Shown piece after piece: positions 1-11,949 of a stretch of 64,000 bases of DNA. A program made the translations under genes and the position numbers. Each line of letters opens with the position of its first letter. Position 1 is the first letter of the stretch. The stretch is from assembly GCA_030324005.1 (NCBI GenBank), contig JARDVH010000193.1, positions 39,597,405 through 39,661,404 of the forward strand, read 5' to 3'. The DNA is from Negaprion brevirostris (lineage: Eukaryota). The notes under the pieces are model-generated. The model searched no databases and was not told where the DNA came from. It worked only from the letters and a program-made list of their open reading frames with translations.

Positions 1-118
1 GCATTGGACTGGGGTAAACACAGTAAGAAGTCTCACAACACCAAGTTAAAGTCCAACAAGTTTATTTGATAGTAAACCCACTAGATTTCGGCATCTGCCC
101 CTTTGTCAGGTGAGTGGA
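1..118 (-). mobile_element. Penelope-like element terminal fragment with degenerate minimal hammerhead (family 2)
   Basis: Minus strand 79-112 reads CAC-CTGACAA-A-GGGGC-AGA-TGCC-GAAA-TCTA-GTG (hammerhead core layout). Its adjoining tail (1-58) recurs on + at 26063-26140 and 42887-42955. Confidence 0.65.
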
Positions 119-402
119 AAGAACTTGCCGTTCACGATAGCTGGGCTGAATGTGAGGAACTAACCTGAGTATTATACCAGTAACAGCAACTGCAAATTCC
201 CCATTCTCCAGCTTCCCAACACCTCACCTTCCCATGCCACTGACTGGAAGCTGCTTGGCCAAAGCAAAAATAAAAACCAAACTCAAACATTCTGAACCAA
301 ACTTATAAATGAAATCATGCCAATTCATTCCCTTAGGGCCTGTCTAATGCTCCTTAGTGACTGTAGCATGGCAGATGTAAGGCCATGGGCTTAATATAAG
401 AG

Positions 403-752
403 CATAACATAAGAACAAGCAGCAGGAGTGGGCAACTTAGCCCTTGAACCTGCTCCGCCATTTCATATGATCATGGCTGATCTCATGTTGGCCTCAACTC
501 CAGTTTCTTGCCCATATTCCATAACCCTTCAAAGCATTACTAATTAAAAATCTGTTTATCCCCTCCTGAAATTTACTCAATGTCCTGGCATCCACCTCAT
601 TCTGGGGTAATGAATTTTACAGATTCATGACCCTTTTAAAGAAGTAGTTTATTCTCATCTCTGTTTAAAACCTGTCATTCCTTGTCCTAAAACTCTTATG
701 GCCTCTTGTTCTAGATTGCCCCACAAGAGGAAGCATCAGCTCTGCATCTACT
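403..752 (-). mobile_element. CR1/HER1-like LINE 3' end, degraded
   Basis: Reverse complement of a typical shark CR1 ORF2 end and 3'UTR (gaacctgctccgccatttcatatgatcatggctgatct); similar to + copies at 14580-15012 and 42650-42870. Confidence 0.8.
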
Positions 753-939
753 TATTTAACTAGCCATGGTTTTCTGTTGGAAATGACTGTCATACTTGCC
801 CCAGCGTCTGATTTGAAATGAATAATTCACCCATTGATGCATTCCTGAAGATATCTCTGGGATCTTTAATCTTGCCTAGGAAGCACTATTGCTCTTGATG
901 TGAGTCTTTTATGTTATTTATGGATTTTTGTGTAAAGAT

Positions 940-1700
940 TCACTGTGATTCTCTGTATGTTTAGTACATTTTCCCAAAGTGTCCCAGCCTCTTACAGTGG
1001 AAGCTTGTCAAATAGCAGGTCAGAAACGGTACGGTCAGTTTGTCAACTACTGTGTAGCCTCATATCAACTCAAACTTAAGATCACCATATTCACGGCCTT
1101 CTTTCAATCAATAACAATCATTGATGAAGATGTCCACAGGTCCTCCAAGCTTTTGGATCATTCTATTAAACTTTGCTCTTCCTAAAATTATGTAACTCTG
1201 CAGGTTAAAGTAACTTTCAATTGAGTTTATGCTCGCTCCACATTTGTCAGATGATTCATAAATTGTTTCTTTGTCTACCATAACATCAGCAATTGCACCA
1301 ACTGAATACAACATTGTATTGCTCAGCCTCTGATATATTATTTAATCCTGATGCCATTCTTGAAAGTCTCCTCCTCCAGATTGCCCAATTCTGTACCTGT
1401 TCTGAACTCTCTTCTGTCCAAATCATTCTGGCAAAGTGAATTTTGAATCCACTGCTGTTTTCAGCTGAGGAGAGGCTTGCTTTAACTTTGTTAAATGGTG
1501 CTACAGTAACAGTAATCGAGTTTTCTAGCATTGATTGGGTTTTTGGATGCCCGCCACTTAACTGAGCCATTTCAAACTTTCGCTATATCTCATGTTAAAA
1601 CAATTTATTAAGGCCATTTAGTTATTCTGCTGTTGCTGGAGGATCGAATTTAGTAGCTGATTGGGTTTTCCCCTTTTTTCACCACATGGTCGCCACGTTA
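940..1700 (-). mobile_element. Ty3/Gypsy LTR retrotransposon gag relic
   Basis: Broken frames give QNWAIWRRRLSRMASGLNNISEAEQ, LYSVGAIAD, RAKFNRMIQKLGGPVDIFINDCY*L and EYGDLKFELI, matching the Gypsy gag pattern W..W.RRF..ASGL...ERAKFN.R.Q..GE.VD.FI.DLY.L...CEYG.LK.ELIRD. Possible PBS-like TGGCGACC near 1688-1695. Confidence 0.75.
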
Positions 1701-2082
1701 TGATGCCAACTCTGGGCCCCAGGCTGTGGCGCGTTTCAAGTTGCGTATTTAAAATGGAACTGTCTCCCAGTGCTGCCTACATCAGCACATGCAGAGCCTG
1801 CCTTTCATTAACCTTTGAAAATATCAGTATCTGAGCTGATGGCTGCAAAGTCAAGTAACAGTGGAATTTCGTCATCATCACTGCCTTCTTGAAGCTCTTG
1901 GTGTTTCTCCACTGCCTGACCATATTGCATCACTTGGGTGTCTGAAAGGAAAAAGTAAAATTAAGATGTGGTACGTGGAGGAGAGTGAAATTGGGAGGTG
2001 CATACTTCCAAGGTCTGCAGCTTGTAAATCAGAAGAAGCATGGGATGGTGGGGATAAGAAAGAGAATTAGGTATGTAGATAC

Positions 2083-2740
2083 CAAAATCTTCGTAGCTTT
2101 CAGCCCCTCTAATGACTACGGCCTCAGCAATAGTTGTCCCAATACTGGTCAATACCATCTCTTCCTTGAGAGTTAGTATGTGCAGTCATACTCATCTGCT
2201 CCAGTTAGTTCCTGCTGCCTCTAGCCGTGCACCGCCTTGTTATGGAAGAAGGACGGAGGTGTGTCAGAAAGTGTGCAACTGGCCTCGTTAATTGAATAGC
2301 AATCAGAGTACGAGAGCTGTGAGATGTGGATGTGAGGCCCGCAGCAGTGCTAGGTGTGTGAGGGTGAGGTGAGGCAATGAATGTTTGGAATGAGTTATGA
2401 TTGATATTGCTGGTTGGTGAGTGATGGATGTGGTGAATTGATCAATGTTTGAAGCTAATGGGGCAATTGATGGGGTGTGACATTTGAAGGTGCATTCACC
2501 AGCCTTGATCACTCCAGTGAGCTCACTGAACTGCAATACTCCATCAAGATCCTAAGGGCTTGACTCCTGACATTGACCGCACTTGTTATCTACACTCAAT
2601 ACCTTCTAAGACTAATGAAGAGAGCCTCTTGGCCCCCTCCAGCTGCAGTACATCAGTCTATCCACCCCCTCCACCAAGATCTCCAGTGCAGCATCCAAAA
2701 ACTTTGGGACCAACTCTGTTGCATGTTTGCAGCTGCCCAG
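2083..2740 (-). mobile_element. PIF/Harbinger Myb/SANT-like gene relic, two exons plus intron
   Basis: Exon 1 (~2500-2735): PKFLDAALEILVEGV...AVNVRSQALRILMEYC..FSELTGVIK. Exon 2 (~2085-2243): NKAVHG*RQQELTGA / LHILTLKEEMVLTSIG. Fits the Myb_DNA-bind_5/NAIF1-like pattern; stops and frameshifts present. Confidence 0.65.
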
Positions 2741-3229
2741 GTCAGATTCACTTCTTCCCCTTTAAGAGGTGCAGGGTAGCTTCAAGCAATAAAAGCAAGT
2801 TGCACATTGAGTCCCCTGCCGATGTGAGGGGTTACCTATGGCTGCACACGGCAATCATTCAAATGAAATGCAGACAGCACAAAGTTGGCATGCTGCCAGA
2901 TTGCATTTAACAGGCGTGGTCTAATCACATTTCTGATCCATGCATTTATTTTTGGGGACTATCCAATTTAGCTCCAATTATTCTCCAGAGGATCAATTTT
3001 CTCATTGTGAAATCCTAGCAGGTACCAGGAGCATGCAATCAAAAGTTTTACTCAATGTTATCCTTGTTGTAAACTTGCCTTGACCAGAGAGATTTGAAAT
3101 GATTCTATATTGGCCTCTTTTCAACATTTTTACCAGATATTTGAGCAATAGGCTTCTCCCTCCGAAGACACCATGCTGATGAGTCTATTCTTTCTTTCTA
3201 TTTCCAACTTGGCAGACCTGCCACAGTAA

Positions 3230-4060
3230 AAATTGCCCTCTTAGATCCAGGGGTGGTTTAGGTGCCAGCCCGCCATCTTGGAAGCAAATCGAAGGTGGCT
3301 AAGTGCCAAGGCAAGCTGGTTAAAAAAAACTCACTTGCTTTGCCTCACTTCTTGCTTCCATTTTAGGTCTTATAGCCTTCACTCCTCAAACATCCTCACA
3401 CTCCATGCCACCTCCATGTTAACACATGTCCCTTTTTATCCCCATGGTCTCTCATACCGTCCATGCCAATGCATGACACCTGTATGCCCATTTACCCAGT
3501 AAGCACGTTATACAGAATCAATGTACCCTATATTAATGATGGCACGTGTGGAATTGCTTAAAAACAGCCATTCATTATTTTCTTTAAAAACAAAATTCAA
3601 TTGCTGCAATTATGTAAAAGTATTAATCAATTGGACCTTTAAAGTATCAACAGAAGTGGCTATAAGCATTTGACATCTCTTCATCTTGTGTAAATAAATA
3701 ATTAGCAATTGACAAAGGAGATCACAGAATGGCTGACTATAACATTCTGAAGATGTTAATCCGCCATAGTATTTCCTTGATTCCAGCTGTGTCAACAAAG
3801 TAAAAGCTTTTATGGGAGTCTGGACTCTCAACAAAGCCTCATTATGCATGCTTAAATTAAAAAATGGCTTTCAGCTGGACTACCCTTGTGGAGGGGACCT
3901 GGCAACAGTTGCAACCAGGCAGGTAGGAGGGACTCAAAGCCAGCAGGAAGCATTGAACCCAGGCCTCTAGGCAGCTGATGTATTACTGCAGGGCCCAGGT
4001 ACAAGTGGTGGGGGAAGGTTTCTAAGGATAGGACCTACAGGCTTACTAGAAAATTCCAGT
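3230..4060. mobile_element. Old non-autonomous DNA-transposon-like segment (Harbinger-like)
   Basis: gccatcttgg motif and CCATGCC-rich interior resembling elements at 25068-25995 and 52429-53479; termini eroded. Confidence 0.4.
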
Positions 4061-5771
4061 CAGCCTCTGAGTATTGGCTTTAATGGACCATTTACATACA
4101 TCAGTTGGCTACTCGCTGCTTGTGGTTAGACTTAACTCTTCTAACACCCAATCCACCACTAGGAAAATGGTCTGGGTGCAGGACGCTGCTGGAAAACTGA
4201 CACATTGGGTAGCGGCAGCAATTATCACACCCATTCGCCCCCATGCTTATTCCTATTTGGAGGAAATTTCAGCCCATGTTATCAAACTGTTTACACTCAT
4301 GTGCATTTTATTCTTATTATTTGTTGCCTTGAGAAATAGCATCAAAGTAAATGCATACATTTGGCAATATTAATTCATACAATCAATTTTTTTAAAAATC
4401 AGCTTTGTTCCAAAATTGAGTGGAAGTAAATGATTTCTGTAATGTTTTTCTGCTTTTGTTCAATTTCTTTGCTTGTCTACTAGAAAATGCCTAATCTTGA
4501 AAATGTCCCAAACTATCAGCTAGTCTCAAGTGAATGGTCCAGGTTTTATGTGTATAGGAATTAAGTGTTGACGTACTGAGCCTTACCCCAAACAGATACT
4601 TCACATGCCATGAGCATGCATTGGAAAATCGTGGGAAGTAGGTTTATGATGTTCCAATTCATGCTTGTGGTGTGTGAGGCACCTCACCTGCAGCAAGGAG
4701 CCATAAAATCTACTCTTAAGTGTAGGTCAGCCATTCGACTATGATGGTAATCACAGTTCGGCCCAATCCTCTCTTTGATTGACATTTCCAGAAGGGGAAC
4801 ACTGGATAATTGTTTGAAAAGGGGAATGTGAGCTGATTTTTATTCTTCACGTTCTTTAAGGAACATTACGTAGTGGTCTATTGTTAACCTAGCTGTGATC
4901 AGCCAACTCAGCACGGGCTAGAAGTTGAAATACATTGGCTAATTGTACTACCGTCATTTTTACTTTTCTCTCATCTTTCTAATGTAGAATGAAAATATAA
5001 AATCTTATCAAACAAATTGCATGGAGATGACAATTCGGATGAGCATTAATTTTGCACAATATTCCAGTATGTTTCCTAACTGATGTAAAATTTTATACAA
5101 TAAAAATTTCAACAACCACCCCACAGCATTCACAGGGTTCCTCATGCCTCACAGTGCAGTCCAGTACCACAGTAATTCAGTGGATTTTTGTAATTTACTT
5201 CAAAGGGTGAAATTGATCCTTTTTTTTAGAGAAAAAGAAAAGCAATCAAGAATGTGTCCCACTCTTTGCCTGACCTGATAATGAAGTCTCAGGAACTCTA
5301 TTTTAAACAGTAAGGTTTCAGCGTGGTTGAATTCATGAGCAATCGCAAACAACAGCTCAGCCAATGGAAATACACCAGGAATAATCCTGCTGAGCCATTT
5401 GTTAAGCTGCTAATGAAGCACTTAACAAGCTGAAAGCTATAAAGCGTTGTTAATGCTGCTGTGCGGTGAGAAAGCCTCTGCTGTGTTATTTCTTCCTTTC
5501 ATTGGCTCTGACGAAAATGTGGGAAATCTAGTGTACCCAGAAGGCACCAGCGTTCACTCAACCCTGTATTGGCAGCGCTGCTTTTTGTCAACAGTTACGA
5601 CCTATTGAAAATATTTTTCCCGTAACAATGCTTCGCCCTGTCCATTTGATTCAGTTACTCACCATATCAAAATGAGAAATTATTACAATTTTTTAAACTG
5701 TGAAGATGAAAGTCTATCACGTGCCTTAGTGTCAGTGAGTTGGTAAAGGTGATCAGTTTTACACAGAAATA

Positions 5772-6440
5772 GAAAGGACTTGTACCTATATACTTACTCC
5801 CTTATATAGAGCTTTTCACAACCACCAGACTTATCAAAGCACTTTAGAGTCAATTAGGTAATTTAAGTCTGTCGTTAGGAGTTTAAAGTTTTTAAAGTTT
5901 ATTTATTTAGTTGTGTCACAAGTAGGCTTACACCAACATTGCAATGAAATTACTGTGAAAATCTGCTAGTCGCCACAGTCTGGCGCCTGTTTGGGTACAA
6001 TAAGAGAGAATTTAGCATGGCCAATGCACCTAACCAGCGCTTCTTTTGGACTATGGGAGGAAACTGAAGCACCCAGAGGAAATCCATACAGACACGGGGA
6101 GAACATGCAAACTCCACACAGACAGTGATCCAAGCCAGGAATTGAATGGGGGTCCCTGGCACTGTGAGGCAGCAGTTCTAACCACTGTGCCACTGTGCTG
6201 CCCATGTGGCAGCCAATAGTGTACATCAATATTCCCACACATAGCAATGTGACAATGACCTGATCATCTATTTTTGCCAGGGAATAGCTCCCCTGCTCTT
6301 TTTCAAAATACGCACTGAGATCCTATACATAAACAGGCAGCTAGGGCCTCAGTTTCACATTTCATTCAAAAGACAGCACTTCCAATAGTGCAGTATTCTC
6401 TCAGTACTGCACTGAAGTGTCAGCCTTAATATTTGTACTC
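5772..6440 (-). mobile_element. DeuSINE (SacSINE1/AmnSINE-like) relic interrupted by an HE1-like SINE
   Basis: Deu-like segments gcagccaat...agcaatgtgacaatgacctgatcatct and cagtactgcactgaagtgtcagcc at 6204-6440; L2-like tail at 5772-5880. Confidence 0.65.
5881..6203 (-). mobile_element. HE1-like V-SINE, alternative-tail subfamily (tail B)
   Basis: tRNA-like head (gggcagcacagtggcacagtggttag) and V-domain body; tail ...gtaagcctacttgtgac...aataaataaacttt. Confidence 0.9.
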
Positions 6441-6814
6441 TGTGCCACTGAAATTCAGGATTTCAAGGTTTATTAATTGTAACAGTAAATCTTTGATCCT
6501 TTTGCTCTGTAAATAATACAGGAATGAATCATTACTGTGCTGGTTACATTCCATGATCTTGCAGCATCTCCTAAGTAACAGATACCAGAAAATAACAAGA
6601 ACAAAATATTTTGATGCTTACAATCAACCACTGTAATCAATTCTGCATGAGATTCAGGCACAAAATTACTGCATAGCCACTATGTTTAAAAAAAGCATGA
6701 AATCAATTATAGCAACAGTGATCCAATCTTCAAGCATACATGTAAAATATAGTTGTATCTTAATTGTACCCTCATCCACGCCTTTCTTACCTTGAGACTT
6801 GACTATTCTAATGT

Positions 6815-6975
6815 ATCTGTGGAGAGAGAATAAAGTCAACATTTCAAGTCTGGATGACCCTTCATTATTCAGACTGGATCTATTCTCTCTCCACAGATGC
6901 TGTCAGACCTGCTGAGACTCTGCAGCATTTTCTGTTTTTGTTTCAGGTTCCAGCATTTGCAATAACATGCTTTTA
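6815..6975. mobile_element. Palindromic PLE-derived element with hammerhead remnant (family 1)
   Basis: Inverted arms atctgtggagagagaata / tattctctctccacagat; minus strand TAATGA-AGGGTC-ATCCA-GACTT-GAAA-TGTT. Confidence 0.7.
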
Positions 6976-7520
6976 TTCTAATGCATTCCTGGCAGGTCAT
7001 CCACATTCTACACTCCATAAGCTTATGGTCATTCAAGGCTCTGCTACCCGTACCTTAACATGCAACAAGCCCTCTTTCGCTATCAAGCCTGTGCTCACTG
7101 TCCTACATTGGCTCCCAGTCAAGCAATGCCTTGATTTTAAAAATTATCATCCTTGTTTTCAAATCCCTCCATGGTCTTGCCCCTCGCTGCCTCTGTAATC
7201 CCCCTCCCCCCCAATTCTCCGAGATATCTGAGCTTCACTAATTCTAGCCTCTTGTGCATTTCCAGTCACAATTTCTCCACCATCAGTGGCTGCGNNNNNN
7301 NNNNNNNNNNNNNCAAACTCTGGAACTCCCTCCCTACACTTCTCAACTTCACTTCCTCCCTTGAAAACACTTCTCGAAACCTATCTCTTGGAGTAAATGT
7401 TTGGTCATCTGACCTAATACCTTCTTACTGGCTCCAATTCATGCTTTATTTTATAATGCTCCTGTGAAACACTTTGTGATGTTTCATTAGATTAAAGATA
7501 CTATAGAAATATAAGTTGTT
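6976..7520 (+). mobile_element. L2-like LINE 3' end
   Basis: PVLTVLHWLPVKQCLDFK and KLWNSLP motifs; tail gtgaaacactttgtgatg...atataagttgtt. Confidence 0.75.
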
Positions 7521-7780
7521 CTGTGGTATCATTGATAGGCAATGAAGAATTCCTAGTTCAAAAAATCTGCAGCAGGATACTGCTAAATAATATTTTATTA
7601 ACACAGTTGAAGGAACAAAATTGGTAACAAAACTGGCAGTCAATCTCTGTGCTAATTTCACTCAATCCGACCAGTGACCCTTTCTCTGTCTGAATTTTGT
7701 GAAAATAAAATGCAATTATGCCAAAGTAACCGTGAGTTGTGTGCCAGTACGTTTAGTAAGTTAACACAATTTGGTTAGTA

Positions 7781-8055
7781 AGGGGAGCTTGATGGCACAG
7801 TGGTTAGCATAGCTGACTCACAGCACCAGGACCTGGGTTCAATTCCTGGCTTGGGTCACCGTGCAGAGTCTGCACATTCTCCCTGTGTCTGCTTGGGTTT
7901 TTTCCCACAGTCCGAAAGCTGTGCTGTTTAAGCACATTGGCCATGCTAAGTTCTCCCTCAGTGTATTTGAACAGGTGCCAGAGTGTGGCGACTAGGGAAC
8001 TTCATGGCTGTGTTAATGTAAGCCTACTTGTGACACTAATAAATAAACTTTAAAC
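7781..8055 (+). mobile_element. HE1-like V-SINE, tail B
   Basis: A box tggcacagtgg, B box ggttcaattcc; tail gtgttaatgtaagcctacttgtgacactaataaataaactttaaa. Confidence 0.9.
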
Positions 8056-8289
8056 TAGTATTCTGATCGAGTGTACATGATCTTTCACAATGCAATATTA
8101 ATGTGTTTTGAACTATGTAGTACTCTTCACTTTTCTTTCTCATTTGAAATTAGGATCGTTTGCACCCATTCATTTCCTTTGAACTCTAATATAGATCCAT
8201 GGTGCACACTTCTGGGAAGAATTGCACTGGAGTCAGTAATGGTGAGGGTGTTAGCACGTACACGCAGTAAACATCCGCTGGAAATTATT

Positions 8290-9450
8290 GCAATTTTTGA
8301 TGAGGTAACAGAGAGGATTGATGAGGGTCCTGTAGTTGCGAGGTTTACAAGAAGCACTTGCTAAAGTGCCACGCAAGAGACTTGTCAGCTGAATTAAAGC
8401 CCATATTATAAAATGGGAAGTGGGCAGCAAGGATCTAAAGTTGGCTCAGTGACAGGAAACAGAGAGTAGTGGTGAATGGTTGCTTTTCAGAGTGGAGGAA
8501 TGTTTGTAGTGAGGTTCCCCCATGGAGTGGTATTAGAATCACGGCTTTTCTTGATCTATATTAATGATCGAGGTTTCAATGGGACTTGGGTGCGCAGGGC
8601 ACAATTTAAAAAATTGTGGATGACACAAAACTTGGAAGTATTGTGAATTGTGAGGAGAAATGTGAAAGGACATTGACAGGCTGGTAAAATGGGCAGACAC
8701 ATCGCATGATATTTAATATGCAGAAGTGTCAAATGATTCAATTTGACAGGAAGAATGAGGAGAGGCAATATAAGATCGAGGGTACAATTCTAAAGAGGAT
8801 GTAGGAGCAGAGGGACTTGCGGATAAATGTGCACAAATCATTAAAAGTGGCAGGGCAGGCAGAGAAAGTACTTAATGAGCGCATGGAATCCTTAGATTTT
8901 TAAGTTGAGGCCTGGGGTACAAAAGCAAGGAAATTATAGTGAAACTTCATAAGATATTGGTTTGGTACATTTTGTCCAATTCTGGCTATCAAATCTTAAG
9001 GAGGCTGCAAAGGCATTAGACCATGTGTAGAAAAGATTCACAAGAATGGTTCCAGGGATGAGGAACTTCAGTTACAAGGAAATAATGGCAGAATTGGGGC
9101 TATTCTCCTTAGAGAAGATTCAGAGGGAACTTGATCAAGGTGTTCAAAGTCATGAGGGATCTTCTTGACATAATAGACAGGGAAAACTATTCCTATTGGC
9201 TGAGGAGTTGAGAACCGGATGATACTGATTTAAGGCGAATGACAAGATAAACAAAGGTAGGCAATATGATGAAAAACTTCATTACAGAGCATGTGATTAC
9301 GATCTGGAATACACTACTTGCGAGTGTGCTGGGGGCAGATTCAGTCATAGCTTTCAAAAGTGAATTGGAGCTTTCAAAAGTGAATTGGATAATTACACAG
9401 ACAGAACATGTTTGCAGGTTATGGAGAAAAGGCAAGGGAATGAAACTCGA
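8290..9450 (+). mobile_element. CR1/HER1-like LINE ORF2 (RT and C-terminus) relic
   Basis: FDEVTERIDEG, gacaggaaacagagagtagtggtgaatgg, a DDTKL-like motif (gatgacacaaaactt) and IWNTL; heavily disrupted. Confidence 0.85.
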
Positions 9451-9687
9451 CGCAAAGCTGTTGCAGAGAAATAGCCATGGCAATGGTGGGAGAATAATTG
9501 CTGTCTTCCTGAGACAGCACAAGAGGTCATCTATCAGAAATCAGATTCCCAGACTGTGGTTACAACATACAAGCCCCTTTTCAATAATGCAATCAACATG
9601 CATGAGCAGCAATCAGAGCATGCAAGGCAGCAAACTGATTTTGTATGATATCAGTCTCAGCATCCACTGCAGGACTGAGACAACGGA

Positions 9688-9800
9688 TGGGATTTTCCAG
9701 CCTCCAAACAGGAAAATCTTGCCCAAGGTGATGGACCTTTCCATGGTCTGCCCCTCTCCCACTACGATTCCCTTGGCGGGCAGAATGGAAAAATTAGCCC
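9688..9800. mobile_element. Short MITE (Harbinger-type TIRs)
   Basis: Imperfect terminal inverted repeats gggattttcca ... tggaaaattagccc. Confidence 0.55.
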
Positions 9801-9804
9801 TATT

Positions 9805-10265
9805 GAGTGGAAGCTGATGGTGTGGAATGGAAGTTGCAATATTGCCTATCATCGGGTCCACAGTGTTTGGACAGAGTTGGTCACCACTTCCATGTGGGAA
9901 AGGATGGGCTTTGGCCTCTGTGCAAAGCCCTGAATGAAGTAAATTCCAGAATTCTCCATGCTCTTTGGCACTGACCACAGACTTCACAATGCACCATTGA
10001 AGTGCTGATCTCAGTCCTATGGCATGGCATACATTTGCTGACCATCCACATGAGACTATTGAATTTCATGTGTCACTTTCTCCATGTCTTCAGGGCTTGA
10101 CTCCTGGCATTATCTTCCACTATTAACTGCTCCTACTGCTTTCAGAATCTGCACCTGGAGGGCCTCCTGTGGTGATAGGACATTTTTCTCTCCTTTCTAC
10201 CTCTTCCACAAAGACTTCCATTGCTAGAAACTGAAGACCTTAGAGCCTCTCTCCCCTACATTATG
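9805..10265 (-). mobile_element. Second Harbinger Myb/SANT-like gene relic
   Basis: LAMEVFVEEVERR, KQ*EQLIVEDNARSQALKTWRK*HMKFNSL, then a downstream-type segment QGFAQRPKPILSHMEVVTNS. Confidence 0.6.
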
Positions 10266-10629
10266 CTATTATTCAATATTCCCCTAGTCAGAGTTATTTC
10301 TTAAATAACTGTCAGCTCCAGCCACAATGCTTCTCTTAAGAGATGCAGACCAGCTTTAAGCATTGCAGAATGACTTAGTGCTCATGGTATTGACTCTCTG
10401 TTAATTCTTTCAGCCAATTAGGTTAGTGTTGGCTGGACAGTGAAATCATTGAAATGAGCAGATAGCAAGAAATTGCTGTGCTGCTCTGCATCACAATCAA
10501 TATGCCTTGTTAACCATCTTCCTGTGCCCATTTTTAGTGGCTATTCTATTTAGCCCACTCAGTAACATAAACATATCTATACACATGGCATTAATGCCAT
10601 GGTCATTGGCATTACATCTATGGTTATAT

Positions 10630-10810
10630 AAATCATAGAATTGAATCATAGAATAGAATCATAAAATCCCTACTGTACAAAAGGAGGCCACTCAGTCCAT
10701 CAAGCCTGCATCAACAACATTCCCATCCAGGCCCTATCCTGTAACCCCACGCATTTACCCAGTTAATCCCCCTGACAATAAAGATCAATTTAGCATGGCC
10801 AATCCTCTCA
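10630..10810 (-). mobile_element. HE1 SINE 3' half (CR1-type tail A)
   Basis: (atagaatc)n tail, ggaggccactcagtccatc...caatttagcatggccaatcc. Confidence 0.85.
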
Positions 10811-11949
10811 TCACAATAGCTCAGGATTTTCCTTGGGCTTCAAATTACTTTGTACNNNNNNNNNNNNNNNNNNNNNNNNNNNNNNNNNNNNNNNNNNNNN
10901 NNNNNNNNNNNNNNNNNNNNNNNNNNNNNNNNNNNNNAATGCCTTGCTCTCCCTTCCACTATTCTAGCAACATCTCTTGAGCACTAAAGTAGATCTATGC
11001 CATGGCAATCCGAGGCTGTGGAATATTGTGCAAGCTCCCCTTAATTGCATTTTAGTAAGGTCACAATAAAGCACTGAAAATCTATCAATTACCACAAAGA
11101 CTATTTCCAAAACCCAATGATCTGGAGAAACACTCAAGTCAGAACATTCTCCACATGTTGCTCCATTTTTTTCCAACAATAAATATAACAACAGAAGCTA
11201 TTTCAAACCCCAAATTGTCATCAACTATAAACAGCTAAGGACGAGACTACCAGTATTAATATTTGTTTCTTCACATATTTGTGAAAGCAATGGGATTCTG
11301 CAAAACAAGTCTTACTGATAATCAGTTTTAGCAATGATTATATATCAAGTGTTTAATGAAATGCATTAATGAAAAAAAAATTCATAATAGTAACTTTGAA
11401 CAAAGTTGTCAAGGAGATGAGTACTTAGACTGAAGTGTACATATGTTAGCCACAATATTCAGTGCCTAATGTCTCCAGGCTCCACTTTGAAGACCCATTT
11501 TTCTTTGCTTGTCAAATGCTTTTCTTTCCAGTAAACATTGGGATTGATTTTTATTAACCAAAATGTGTTGAAGTGCTGATAACATATGAAATGGGGGGAC
11601 ACATTAAAATTAATTATTCCATAAGAATTACCATGCTGCTGTTGCATTTTACCAAAGATGCTTTTATATTTTTATTCAGAATTTCATGCTGAATGCCAAA
11701 AGCGAATGCATAGACAGTTAGTGTGGGCAAGAGGACGATATAAAGTATCCATGACGTGAAGTAATGAAGGTGAAATGACACCTTTATCAACCATCAGTCC
11801 AGTTTGCTATTAAAAGTTTGTTTGCATGTGTTTTCAATGACAGTTATGTATTACGATTGTTCCTAATGACATTTATCCTTTTGCTGCTGTGCGTAGAAGA
11901 CTTTGTGCACTGTGATAATAGAAGGCTCTGTGGTGGTCCTTGTTCCCTT

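Noticed and set aside
7790-7850. tRNA-like A and B boxes
   Set aside because: SINE head, not a tRNA gene; no full cloverleaf. The same applies to the other SINE heads.
9349-9388. Perfect 20-bp tandem duplication agctttcaaaagtgaattgg x2
   Set aside because: Ordinary slippage duplication inside a dead CR1.
9266-9817. 183-aa ORF
   Set aside because: Chance frame across a CR1 tail, adjacent decayed repeat sequence and a MITE; no coherent domain.
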